DNA of 63,231 nt, counting the filler, from Octopus bimaculoides (lineage: Eukaryota): the NCBI RefSeq assembly GCF_001194135.2. It is 4 parts of 4 records of this genome, joined end to end, with 100 filler letters (N's around TTAATTAATTAA, not from the genome) between each part and the next. Parts side by side here need not be neighbours in the genome. Positions count along the whole stretch, not along the records: positions 1 to 30,333 come from NC_068985.1; 3 more parts are not named here. The stretch is one strand, 5' to 3'. Made by a program: the position numbers and the translations under genes. The notes below the pieces were generated by a model, which saw nothing but the letters and a program-made list of their open reading frames with translations, was not told where the DNA came from and did no database searches. Numbering within the stretch: the first letter of the stretch is position 1; each line of letters opens with the position of its first letter. This document shows, piece after piece, positions 12,591 through 25,229 of this stretch.

Positions 12591-12894
12591 TACCGGATTA
12601 TATGCAAACACTAACTCAACCACATATTTACAAACCCCGGTAATGTCTTAACTAAGATGTCGTGTCTCTTTATTAACGACTTGCTTGAACTCCGTCAAAG
12701 AGAACTTAAATAAATCTCAAAGAAAATCATACGTACGTATACGGAGAGGAGCTTAAGCTAGAACTCCGTCGTTATGTCGCATGAACTGAGAATCGATGAC
12801 ATTATCATGGTTATCAGAATTAAATCATTGTATATTTCTGATGATATTGTAACTGAAACATCAATAAAAATCTACATATTGATAAACACGGAGA

Positions 12895-12965
12895 GACAGA
12901 TATACAAACAGACAGATAAACAGACAAACAAACAAACAGACAAACAGACAGATAGACAGACACAC

Positions 12966-13036
<71 letters not shown>
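12895..13036. repeat. (AGAC)n/(AGAT)n microsatellite
   Basis: Seen directly. Confidence 0.95.
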
Positions 13037-13037
<1 letters not shown>

Positions 13038-13368
13038 TTCAAAGTGGACTAAAAAAATCGTAGATAAAACATGATATTCCAAATATATCTCTATGGAATT
13101 CGTGAAAAAAATAATTGAAGAATTTGAACTATGATACAATTGTATTAATAGTGAATATATATTAAATCGAGAACACCTGACAGCAGCAAGTCAAATCTGC
13201 CAGACATTTGTTAGAAGATAAAACAATAAAAGACAACTGACAGATATGGTACACACAACATTATCGATTTGACTAAAATTGATGTTGTTGCTGATTTGGA
13301 AAACAATGGTCATACATATCAATATACTATTTTGAGAAGTTTCATATAGATTAGAATATAGATGTAAT

Positions 13369-13413
13369 ACTAATAATAATAATAATAGTAATAGTAATAA
13401 TAATACTAATAAC

Positions 13414-13460
<47 letters not shown>

Positions 13461-13472
13461 TAACAATAACAA
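13369..13472. repeat. (AAT)n microsatellite
   Basis: Seen directly. Confidence 0.95.
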
Positions 13473-13489
13473 CGATAGGCCTTATTACT

Positions 13490-15060
13490 ATTTGAAATGC
13501 CCATCAAAAGAAAGGAAGAAAGGCCCGTCATTTGAACCGTCTTCGAATTATGGATGACCTGAAATTGTTTGGAAAATCTGAAAATCAGATAGATTCCTTA
13601 ACCAAAACAGTCCAGATATGTGGTAAGGACATCTGTATGGAATTTGAGATTACTAAATGCTCAGTACTTAATATGAAAAGAGAGGAGAAAGTAGCCTGTA
13701 GAGGATTGTGGTTACCATCAGGAGAGACCATGGGTGAACCAGAGGGTAGTGTGTATAAATATTTAGGAATTTTGGAGCTGGATGACGTTTTACACAGAGA
13801 AATGAAAGTCAAGGTCAGCGAAGCGTATCAAAAAGGGGTGAAGAGGGTGTTGAAATCCAACTTGAATGCCAAAATCTGATTACCGCAATGAATATCTGAG
13901 CCGTTGCGGTGGCCAGATATAGTGCGTCCATCCTCAAATGGACCAAGGAGGAATTATCCACACTGAATAGAAGGACAAGAAAGTTGATGACGCTGCATGG
14001 AGCGCTACACCCTAAAGCAAACATAAACAGTCTGTACAGGGAAAGAAAGAATGGCGGTAGAGGACTAATTAGTATAGACCACTTTATAAGGAGTGAAAGG
14101 AGAACACTTGTTGAGTATTTGATAAATAGTAATGAAGACCTGCTGCAATATGCTGCGAAAGATATCGGAGTAAATGCAGATGAAATTATGGGCAAGGAAG
14201 AGCTTAACCAAAGAGCTGAGAATAGAAAAGAAGACCTTCTTGAAATGAGAATGCATAGACAGTTTGAAAAGAAGACACAAGACGTTAAGTATAATACAGC
14301 ATCTTGAAAATGGCTTGAGCGAGGTGATTTGAAGCATACCACCGAAAGCTTGATCATCGCTGCACAAGACCAGGCACTCGCTACCAATTCAGTGAAGTAT
14401 AACATCTATAAAACTTTTGACTCCCAGAAATGCAGACTCCGTGGAAAGAGTGTGGAAAGAGTGTGGAAAATATAACCCACTTGGTAAGTGGATGTGAGAG
14501 CCTCGTACATAAAGAACACAAACGCCGCCACAATAAAGTGTGTGTGTATATTCATTGGCTCTTATGCCGTAAATACCAATATGAAGTAACAGAGACTTGG
14601 TATGAGCATGTACCAAGTAAATTTATTCAGGAGGATGGAAAAGTAACGACACTCTGAGACCGGATATTGTCATATTGAATGAGAGAGACAAATACGGTCA
14701 GCTCTTTGATGTAGTCATACCAGGTGACACGAATATTGTGAGTAAAGAGGTTGAAAAAATCACCAAGTACTCCGAAGTGAAAGTGGAAATGGCAAGACTC
14801 CGAAGTGAAAGTGAAATGCGAGAGGCTAATATAAAAGTGATACCAGTGGTGATCGGAGCGTTAAGCTCAATCCCATTGAAACTTCAAGACTTCTTAAGGC
14901 AACTGGAAATCCTATGCAAGATTGATGTCTTACAAAAATCAGCCTTTTGGGCACAGCGCACATCCTAAGGAAAGTATTATCTGTCTGAGGTTTTTGTGGT
15001 GACTTGACAGATGACTAAATACTCCGATGCATTTTTACCTACACTGTGTTACGAAAGAGT
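13490..15060 (+). mobile_element. R4/Dong-like LINE, 3' half (RT catalytic motif, CCHC knuckle, restriction-like endonuclease, 3' UTR), decayed
   Basis: IMDDLKLFGK, YKYLGILE, TRKLMTLHGALHPKANINSLYRERKNGGRGL, IIAAQDQAL, CGKSVENITHLVSGC, RPDIVIL...DVVIPGD...EKITKY, VIPVVIGAL, and a terminal GTAHILRKVLS-type motif after a frameshift. Confidence 0.92.
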
Positions 15061-15062
15061 AA

Positions 15063-15919
15063 NNNNNNNNNNNNNNNNNNNNNNNNNNNNNNNNNNNNNN
15101 NNNNNNNNNNNNNNNNNNNNNNNNNNNNNNNNNNNNNNNNNNNNNNNNNNNNNNNNNNNNNNNNNNNNNNNNNNNNNNNNNNNNNNNNNNNNNNNNNNNN
15201 NNNNNNNNNNNNNNNNNNNNNNNNNNNNNNNNNNNNNNNNNNNNNNNNNNNNNNNNNNNNNNNNNNNNNNNNNNNNNNNNNNNNNNNNNNNNNNNNNNNN
15301 NNNNNNNNNNNNNNNNNNNNNNNNNNNNNNNNNNNNNNNNNNNNNNNNNNNNNNNNNNNNNNNNNNNNNNNNNNNNNNNNNNNNNNNNNNNNNNNNNNNN
15401 NNNNNNNNNNNNNNNNNNNNNNNNNNNNNNNNNNNNNNNNNNNNNNNNNNNNNNNNNNNNNNNNNNNNNNNNNNNNNNNNNNNNNNNNNNNNNNNNNNNN
15501 NNNNNNNNNNNNNNNNNNNNNNNNNNNNNNNNNNNNNNNNNNNNNNNNNNNNNNNNNNNNNNNNNNNNNNNNNNNNNNNNNNNNNNNNNNNNNNNNNNNN
15601 NNNNNNNNNNNNNNNNNNNNNNNNNNNNNNNNNNNNNNNNNNNNNNNNNNNNNNNNNNNNNNNNNNNNNNNNNNNNNNNNNNNNNNNNNNNNNNNNNNNN
15701 NNNNNNNNNNNNNNNNNNNNNNNNNNNNNNNNNNNNNNNNNNNNNNNNNNNNNNNNNNNNNNNNNNNNNNNNNNNNNNNNNNNNNNNNNNNNNNNNNNNN
15801 NNNNNNNNNNNNNNNNNNNNNNNNNNNNNNNNNNNNNNNNNNNNNNNNNNNNNNNNNNNNNNNNNNNNNNNNNNNNNNNNNNNNNNNNNNNNNNNNNNNN
15901 NNNNNNNNNNNNNNNNNNN
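15063..15919. other. Assembly gap (other large gaps: 34201-34588, 35463-36392, 39269-39489, 45198-45682, 60888-61284)
   Basis: Runs of N, most abutting microsatellites. Confidence 0.98.
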
Positions 15920-15930
15920 ATGTATATATA

Positions 15931-16006
<76 letters not shown>

Positions 16007-16399
16007 AATATGTGCACGCGCACATATTCAATTTGCAGAAGCTAATTCAAGTTTCATGGCACTCACGCATATAGATCGTTCATTCTATTGCGTATCATCA
16101 GAAGACATTCATCTAGATAGTTGATAATGAGTTCTGTGCGTTCTCCGAACATATATCTGTATATGCAGGTGTGTTTATTTGATGTTAAATGTTATTGGGT
16201 GTGCGTCGTTGTGTACGATTTATGATGATGATATGAGTATGAGTATGTGAGAATATGTATGTTATACCGTGGCATTTGTATGTGTACGTACATATTACAG
16301 ATACACTAACACGAATACATACATATGTGTGTGTATGCATATATACATACACACACACATGTATATATATATATATAGGAGGGAGAATATACAAATAAT

Positions 16400-16565
16400 A
16401 ACAACAGACGAGGACAGGTGGTGTAAATAACAAAAGGATATATTAGTATGACGCTCGGGAATACGGAAAGTCTTTGACGTTTCGAGCTACGCTCTTCAAC
16501 AGAAAGAATACGGAGACAAGGAGAAAAACACGGAGAAAAAAAATTGAATAGTGTTCAGTCAACGG
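16400..16565 (-). mobile_element. Short Penelope-type terminal fragment containing a hammerhead-like motif
   Basis: Contains gacgtttcgagctacgctcttcaacag, the reverse-complement GAAACGUC signature typical of Penelope-associated hammerheads. Family assignment is inference. Confidence 0.5.
16471..16507 (-). ncRNA. Minimal type I hammerhead-like motif with variant core CUGUUGA
   Basis: Minus strand: UCUUU-CUGUUGA-A-GAGC-gua-GCUC-GAAA-C-GUC-AAAGA; stem I 5 bp, stem II 4 bp, palindromic ACGU in place of stem III. Confidence 0.65.
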
Positions 16566-16569
16566 TCAA

Positions 16570-17062
16570 TCATACACACACACATAAGTACACATGCTCA
16601 TATACACATATTTTTCGATTTATTCTTACAAATACATACAATGTATTTGTAATGTTAACTCGCTATATCACACTCACGCACATATTCATGTTCCTGTAGA
16701 CATACGCACACATTAACATTATGAACTTAACTCACAGATGTAAATTAACTCCATAAATTACACAGATCACGAGCACACGTATCCACAAACATACATTCGC
16801 ACGCGCGCACATATAAGTACATTCTCACACGCATACACACGCACAAAGGCATTGTAACACGATAAAGCTCACAAATACTCGCAATTTTTCGAGCTCATAA
16901 ATAAATTAACAAGATAAAGAGCATGCCCGTACATACACTCACACACACACACGCACACCCTTTCTCTCTCTCTCTCTCTCGCACACACACAAACACTCTC
17001 TCCCGTTCTCTCTCTCACACGTTCTCTCACACGTTCTCTCTGACACGTTTTCTCTCACACGT

Positions 17063-17093
<31 letters not shown>

Positions 17094-17114
17094 TACACAC
17101 ACATACATACCCAT

Positions 17115-17145
<31 letters not shown>

Positions 17146-18377
17146 CAAATTCACATGATATAATGTACACAAAAAAAAAATTCGCAATTTTTCATATGCA
17201 TAAGATAAACTACGTACATCCACACATGCACAAACAAACACAGAGCGATAAATTCACGAACACATGCACAGACTTAGAAAATTTCGCACGTAAGATAACA
17301 CACACAGAAATGCATGTGAACATAGTAATTCATGCGCATGAATAGACTCACGCACACACGAACATATACACGCATATCACCACATGCTCACACGAACTAA
17401 CACTGGTAATTTTTCCCACACATCTACGAAAGCCATAACACGTACAAAAATTTCGTACAACACAAATATACGTATACTTCGAAATTCTGCTCATTCAGAC
17501 ACATATATGCGCAACACTATTTGTACAATGCATCAACTCACATTTCTCCAAACAAACATACATACACAGACAGAAGCGTACTCTCATACACACAGACACC
17601 TACATGAACGTACTTAACACATATAATAGCATACCGATACACATAAATACACACGCACGCACCCCCCCCCACACACACACACATACACCCACTCGCATAC
17701 ATAGACATGCAGCTTTCTGAAAAATTATTACATTCATAGGTGCCCAATAGACACATGTAATACAAGCTCTCTCACACAAGCACAAACACACATACATACT
17801 CACACACATACACCCACATGCACACACAACTACACAAAAGAACTCATATTCACAAGTATATCCTTCTTACGCAAGCGCAAATATGATTTTAAAAAATCCT
17901 ATAAACACATGTACACATTAAAGCAAGAAGACGATATCCTTTATATACATTCATACACTTATACACATGCTCAAACAGAAACACGCATTAATTCGATATA
18001 AGATGCATATACGCTAAAACACACATACACACACACACACACACGCAAATCATACCCTCATCTTCCTAGTTTGTAATTTGAGATAATAAACATCACTAGT
18101 GTTTCGGTTTAATCCCTAAGCATACTTTATTTCATATACAGCTCCACATACAGCATAGCCTACATACCCACAAATTGAGACACGTACACGACAAATACAT
18201 ACACCGACACATCTTACAATACATACACTGACACACGCACTTAAATACACATTAACACGGTATAACATACATACACATATACACGTACTCTTGCGTGCAT
18301 ATTAACATCATAAATTGTATACACTCATACTAACTCGCTGAAAATATAAGTACGTCTACATGCACATACACAAATAC

Positions 18378-18409
<32 letters not shown>

Positions 18410-18490
18410 ACACACACACACACACGCACGCACGCAAACACCCACACTCACACACACACACGCACACACACACACACACACACATCATGT
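16570..18490. repeat. Long degenerate CA/CT-rich simple-sequence region
   Basis: Interrupted (CA)n, (CT)n and cacacgttctct units seen directly. Confidence 0.85.
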
Positions 18491-18779
18491 CACTCTCAAG
18501 TGCTAGTGATAACATCGTTGGCGACTAAACCACCAACCTCACCAAGCTTGCTTATTGAGGCGAGTGATTATAGAAGTCCACAGAATTTAGAGACAGAAAT
18601 GTTTTTGTTGAACAGACGCACTTTTTCGAGCTCAGTCCAAGTATGCTATTCGTTTTCACTAATCACATCAAGAATTTTGTATCCACTCTACTTCGAGTTT
18701 TCACAAAAAATTCGATTTTTCCTTAAATTTATGTCCTGGTTTGACTTTGGAGCAATGGGCCAAAGTGTGAAAAATGTTT

Positions 18780-18915
18780 TTAATCCTTTCAGTCATATAG
18801 ACTGCGGTCATGCTGGTGCACCGCTTTGGCGTACTCTAGTCAAACGCATGGACCCCATGATTTATTTTTTAAGCCTGGTACTAATTCTATCGGTTATCTT
18901 TTGCCGAACTGCTAG
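18780..18915 (-). mobile_element. 3' fragment of family-A SINE
   Basis: ttcagtcatatagactgcggtcatgctggtgcaccgc...aagcctggtactaattctatcgg. Confidence 0.75.
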
Positions 18916-19841
18916 TTACATAATATTCATTGCAATTAAATATATTAACTGTGTTCACCGCGTGTATTGAATACATGTTCGAACAATAGTTTTCTCGGTC
19001 TCCCTCTCTCCTTCTCTGCCTCTCTCCCTCTCTCACCCTCTCTCCCTTCCCCGCTCTGTCTCCCCTCTCTCTCTGTGTATTTCTCGCGCGCGCGCGTGCT
19101 TACCTCACAAAGACACGTCATGTACAGCTTTGTGTAAGTATAAGGAAATAAATTATAGACTATAGCAATACATATAGTAATTAAGATTATAGAGAAGCAC
19201 ATAATATGAGAGACAAGCTGAAAATTAGTAACAGCTTTGTGATGCACATAGAGATAAATTATATAATTTAGAAAAGACAAACTAATTAAGACAAGTTACG
19301 ATTAAGATTTTCGTAAATAGTGTTTTGCATGTGTACATCATTTAGACTGTCCTTTATTCGTTCACTTTTTTTTCTATACGAAATGCTGCAAAAACATGGT
19401 GGCTGTGTTGGTTTTGCACCTTGGGCATTTTGGTCGCTTTCCCATAGGTTCATTTTTTTTTCTTGAGGGTCTTTTTTTTATTTTCGGTATTGAGGCTTTT
19501 ACCAAAGCTGACTTTTTGTCCTTTGTAATCCATTTCCCCACAAGTTGATGGGGATGCTGCCGATATGAGATGCTACAAATAAATTATCTTCTTTTGAGAC
19601 TGAAGACTAAGTAGGGCTTCTCATTTGAGATTTCTGCCGTTATTAAGAAGTGATGATGTGGATTTGCTGGAGAAATTTAGCATGCATGCAGACCATTATA
19701 CAACACACAGCAACCTTGATATTTTTCGCAGCACAGCTATATTCATATGTGTCTCTCTTGAGGACCCATTGGACTGCATCGTAAAAGGTAGACACACTAA
19801 CTGTTTGCATCTGTTTCTTTTACTTCGCCAAAATAAATCTT

Positions 19842-20272
19842 AATGCCAGCAATTTCGATGGAGGGAGTAAGTCGATTATATTGATGCCAGTGTTCAACTG
19901 GTATTTATTTCATTGACCCCAAAAGGATGAAAGGCAAAGTTGACTTCGGTGGAATTTGAACAAAGAATGTAAAGACGGACAAAGTGCTACTAAGAATTTT
20001 GCCCGACGCGCTCTTGATTCTGCCAGGTATTTTGTACCCAGCCAATGCACTGAGGAAGACGTCGAACTGGTAGCATCATTAACACACCGGGCAAAATACT
20101 CAGCGGCGTTTTGTCCATCTCTACGTTCTGAATTCACTTTCCGCCGAGGTCGACTTTGCCTTCCATCCTCTCTAGGTCACTAAAATAAGCACCAATTGAG
20201 CAGTGGAGGTCGATGTAATCGATTTATTCCCTCTCCCGAAATTGTTTGCTTTCTACCAAAATTTTAAATCAA
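19842..20272. mobile_element. Two family-B SINEs head-to-head: 19842-20026 (-) and about 20055-20272 (+)
   Basis: gatgaaaggcaaagttgacttcggtggaa in the left copy versus ttccgccgaggtcgactttgccttccatc in the right copy; spacer about 30-40 nt. Confidence 0.88.
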
Positions 20273-21217
20273 TATCATAAGTATGTTACCGCAGCGAACA
20301 AACTATGCAAAACAAAGTTTAAGCGAGGATCAAACTGTACACTCTCTAAATACCTTAATCGAAATTTGATAAATTAAGACATGAGAATCCAACCAATGGC
20401 TGCAACAATTCAAAACTCATATTCTACACTGCTGCAGCAGATTATTGATAGATAAACTAAACACTTCACACTATACAAAATCACCACCGGAAACTGAAGT
20501 CCGCATACAGGCACGCGCACACACACACACACACACACACACGCACGCAACACATTGACACATATACGAAACATTACCAATTTAAGTAGTACGACTCGTA
20601 TTGCACCTACTGGGAAATAGGTGAAACGCTCAAATAACACCAAAAACTACGATTCTATAGACAGAAAGCAAATCTGTTGGCGGCATTGACAATAAAGTGA
20701 TGCAATTTAATTTTACTTTGGCTCAGGCATACAACTGGCGGCGTTCTAAAAGCAGTGAAATCAGCTTCTGCTTTTGCTACTGCCTCCTGTCTTCTTTTCT
20801 TACTTTTCTTAGCAAGTGGCCAAAAGGGCTTTTCTACTTCACGTTTTGCAATGGAACTTTCAAATGTACTTAAAAGGACGGATAAAATACAGAATGTATT
20901 TGTTCATTCATCGAAGATGATATTGATCCTTTAATTTTGATGATAGTGTGATCTTCCGTTATTTATAAAGTACTTGTGAGTACGATGTGATAATATATAG
21001 CGAGGCAAGTACAACACAGTATGGCTAAAGTACTATGCTTAAATTAACTTTCCGCTATACCTGTATGATGATTAGACTCGGCGTTGCAGTTCGGTCAAGA
21101 CGACGTCTGTGTCTTATGTAATCACTTTAGTATAGTTAAAAGGGTATGCGTTTGTACTTCGGTTAATTTAAATTGCTTACATTTTCCTTGCAACTTATAT
21201 TGCCTTGCTTTTCTATT

Positions 21218-21630
21218 ATTCTTTTATTTGTTTCAGTCATTTGACTGCGGCCATGATGGAGCACCGTCTTTTTGTCGTACAAATCGACACTAGGACTTAT
21301 TCTTTTGTAAGCCTAGTATCTCTTTTGCCGAACCGCTAAGATAAGGGGACCTAAACACACCAACATTGCTTGTCAAGCGATGGTGAGGGGGACAAACAAA
21401 GACACACAAATACACNNNNNNNNNNNNNNNNCACACACACACACACACGCATATATATATATATATATATATATACGACTGACTTCTTTCAGTTTCCGTC
21501 AACCACATACACTCACAAGGTTTGGTTGGCACGAGTCTAGAGTAGAGCACACTTGCCTAAGGTGCTACGCAGTTGAACTGAACCCGGAACCATGTGGTTG
21601 TTAAGCAAGCTACTTATAACACAGCCACTC
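21218..21630 (-). mobile_element. Family-A SINE
   Basis: Same blocks as 10095 and 36429; internal CA/TA tract containing an N gap. Confidence 0.88.
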
Positions 21631-23188
21631 TCCAAACTTATTTTCGTATAACACTGCCTTTCCTCGGATACATCGCTTGTATTTTTTAAGTCTTTCATCT
21701 TTTATCTTCCGACTCAGCGTTTTTCTAACAGCCCAAAGTCAATAATTCATCCTTAATGTTTATATATAACGCGTATCACTTTTTCAGCTTTATTTAAAAT
21801 CCAAAATACATCAAGAAATCTATATAACATTATATATCTTACATATATTTTAGAAAATCGTTGTGTGGTGTCGTAGGGTTTTATATATATATTTTCATTT
21901 GAAAACCTTTAACTAACTAAGATTACCCATGCAATTAGGCGTAGTCAAAATCTATAAACAATTACAAAAGGACATAGCTTCAGTAATATCTGAAAATTGC
22001 ACTAAAATGTATATCTTGTCTTTACAGCCGAAAACAAGTAACATGGTGCCATCTTGTTAAATCTCTTCATGGAAACATATTCATCACAGTTAATATGAAT
22101 TAGAAATGATCAAAGTATAAACAAACAAAAGGAATGTAATGATGCTGATTGCAACTATCTCAATTGAACTGGGAGAAATTCAAGAATGTTTTCTACATTG
22201 CACACGCGAAAGTGTTTTATATATATAATAGTGAGTGGAACAACTTCACTTCAATGATCTTACTTGCTTCTTGTTAACAGATATTGAATTGTATAGTAAT
22301 TGCATGGATAATCGTAATTAATTTAATATATTCAACTCATTATATCACATGTGGGAAAGCAAACTATATGCGTACTTAGCATGCACATCACTTCCTACAA
22401 GCATTATCCTCACTCCAATTGCTGATCTACGGAGGAATGTTTCTAAATAGCTAAAAATATCTAGCCGTCATACTCTCATTGTGTTAGAAATATAACAACT
22501 CGAAGGTCAGCATTCTAACTGCCACTATCACCCATCAATCTTTTCTCTCGTTCCAGAAAGGTCGTGTTGATACTGCTGTTATAATTTTTGTTGTTGTCAT
22601 TGTTTTTGTTGTTGTTGTTGTTGGTTTAATTATTGTTATTGTAAGTGACGCTATTTTAACAAATGTTGCTTTTAAATTTCTCTTGGTTCTCTCACCAAAC
22701 GCTCTTTATTTGCTACGGTATCTTTCTGTCTCCCAGCCTTCCGAGATGTTATGAATGACCAATTGATCTCGTGTCTGCCTCCTCGTCTTCGGCCTTAAAT
22801 TTCTACATTTGACCTAACGATTTATGCATCGAAATGAATGTCTAGCTGCAGAATTCCCACTATCACCATAATCACAAAGCAAAACAATACCATCAAAAGC
22901 AGCAACATCAACACTGACAAGACGACCAACAGCCCTGACCAATAACACCAATATCATTAACATCAGCAGCATCATCAATAACAGCAATAGCACATCCACT
23001 ATCATCAGCAACACCAATTACAACAGCACGATCACAACAACCAACAAGTNNNNNNNNNNNNNNNNNNNNNNNNNNNNNNNNNNNNNNNNNNNNNNNNNNN
23101 NNNNNNNNNNNNNNNNNNNNNNNNNNNNNNNNNNNNNNNNNNNNNNNNNGAGAGAGAGAGAAAGAGAGAGAGAGAAAGAGAGATAGAT

Positions 23189-23220
<32 letters not shown>

Positions 23221-23529
23221 GAAGAAAGAGAGAGAAAGAGAGAGAGATGCATTTATTATTTTGGAGCCAAAGTGACAGCGTTTTGTTCTTATCTTAAACT
23301 TTGATGTATGTTTTAGAATAAGTATTTATTTAGATATCTTCATGAAATACACCATTTTAACATTTCGGTCTGTTGCTTTATGCTAATGGTTCCTTTCTTC
23401 ATTGTTGATTCCTGTTTATTTTGGCTGTTGAATTAAACATGGCATAAAAAGCAAATTTAAACAAATTTATTATATGACTTCAAATTTAAATGCTAGGCAG
23501 GAAAGCCTAGCATTTGGGTGTAGAGTGGT

Positions 23530-23690
23530 CATCAAACATCGCGTCAATATTTGTATCAAAACATTGTGGAAACGAAAGCTTCACTAATGAGAAATCTCTT
23601 GGACGAACATTGCAATTGACAACAAACAGTTGAGAACCACTACTGAAGTGGACCTATGCAAAAGAACTCAAAATTGTAGAACACACAATG
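23530..23690 (+). mobile_element. Mariner N-terminal fragment
   Basis: Degenerate ...GRTLQLDNKQLRTTTEVDLCKRT, resembling VDNDQLKATVESDP at 8800. Confidence 0.5.
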
Positions 23691-23804
23691 CAAATAGTAG
23701 TTGAAGATAGTTAACTATCAGTATATTTCCCTCTTTAGACCAATTAAAACATTTTCCTATTTCCTTTCAGATTACTCAGAGAAGATAAAAAGCTAATACC
23801 ATAA

Positions 23805-24163
23805 ATGAAAAGACATGCAGTCGTTATTAGCATATCACCGAAAAACCGCGATCTAAAAATTGCTGAATTTCTAAATTTTGCAACAAATTAAGCCCCAAAA
23901 GACAAAGCCCGCGCAATCCAACAACAGAACTTGACAATTTTTACGATCATGTTACACCGAACCTGGGTCATCATACTCGCCAGATGTAATCCCATGGATG
24001 TTGTCGAAAGGGAGATTGATGGACATTATCACTATATCATAGCTTCACTGAAGGCGGTTTTTTTTTGTCCCAAATAAATAAGAACAATATAATGCAGGAA
24101 TATCAGCTGTTACGGGCCTGCATTGAAACACTCATCGAATCTGGAAACAGGCTCATCGACTAA
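23805..24163 (+). mobile_element. Internally deleted Tc1/mariner-superfamily (maT/DD37D-like) relic
   Basis: MKRHAVVISISPKNRDLKIAEFLNFA joined to DNFYDHVTPNL..SPD.NPMD..VVERE...ASLKA...LRACIETLIESGNRLID*. Subfamily call is inference. Confidence 0.65.
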
Positions 24164-25062
24164 ATATTATTAGAAAACTTACTGAGAATAAGTGCAATTC
24201 TTTTTTTTTTTTTTAGAATACATTTATTTTTGCTCGATTAGAGTTGTTTTATATCCTAAAATACCTTTCGCCTTCTGTAGTCACACGTTGATTCATTGGA
24301 AAGTCATAAAAACAAAAGAAGCTCCAAATTAATACATTTATTGAGTTTATTGAGGAATTTCATATTCCCTTAGGTTTTTTAACAGCACCAATCTTACATA
24401 CTAGTCTTACAGTTTCTTGAACTTCTCGGGCTCACAATAGAACTGAGGCAAGGAAGATAATGCAATGGTTTTTTTTGCACGGTGTTATAGAAATGTTGTT
24501 ACAACTTGTATGTGGGCAACATCAGATTCTTAAAGGTATACGTCTGTTGAGATGTTGAAGATTACATGGTATATTTTACGTATGATATATGTGTGTAGTG
24601 TTTTGGTTTGTTTTTATTTTAAAACAAGTTCCATATACATTCTCCACACTTATTTCTTTGTGGTATTGTAAATACATTTGTCAAACATTATTTTCTATTA
24701 ATTTTTATCTGTGTACCGTATTATGAGTTTTGACTCTTTATTGTATATGCATAGTAAAATAATGAAAGACAGCGGAACTTGTGCGTTTGATGTTACAATC
24801 TGAATCTTGAAGTGTACAACATTTCATTGTACATTGACATTTTTTACATATAATTTACGTCTTTTAAGTACAAACAATGTAAAATCCAGTGTTGACGTTT
24901 TCATAAGTTGCAAAAGTATTTCCAAAATGCTTTACAGCCTATAGCAAAGCGTATAAAAAATATGCCGTTATTACCATTGTCCGATGGTGAAGTAGAGGGG
25001 AAGTTACAGGCCTGACCCAATAGAAACGGAGAAAAGTAAACTTCTCGAGTCATGCCGACACA

Positions 25063-25149
25063 TAGGGGCATGTGGCGTAGTGGTTAAGAGCGAGGGCAAC
25101 TAACCCCAAGATTCCAAGTTCGATTCCAGGCAGTGAACTGAATAATAAT

Positions 25150-25229
<80 letters not shown>

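Noticed and set aside
20585-20635. Hairpin ACCTA/TAGGT followed by GAAAC
   Set aside because: The CUGANGA half of the hammerhead core is absent.
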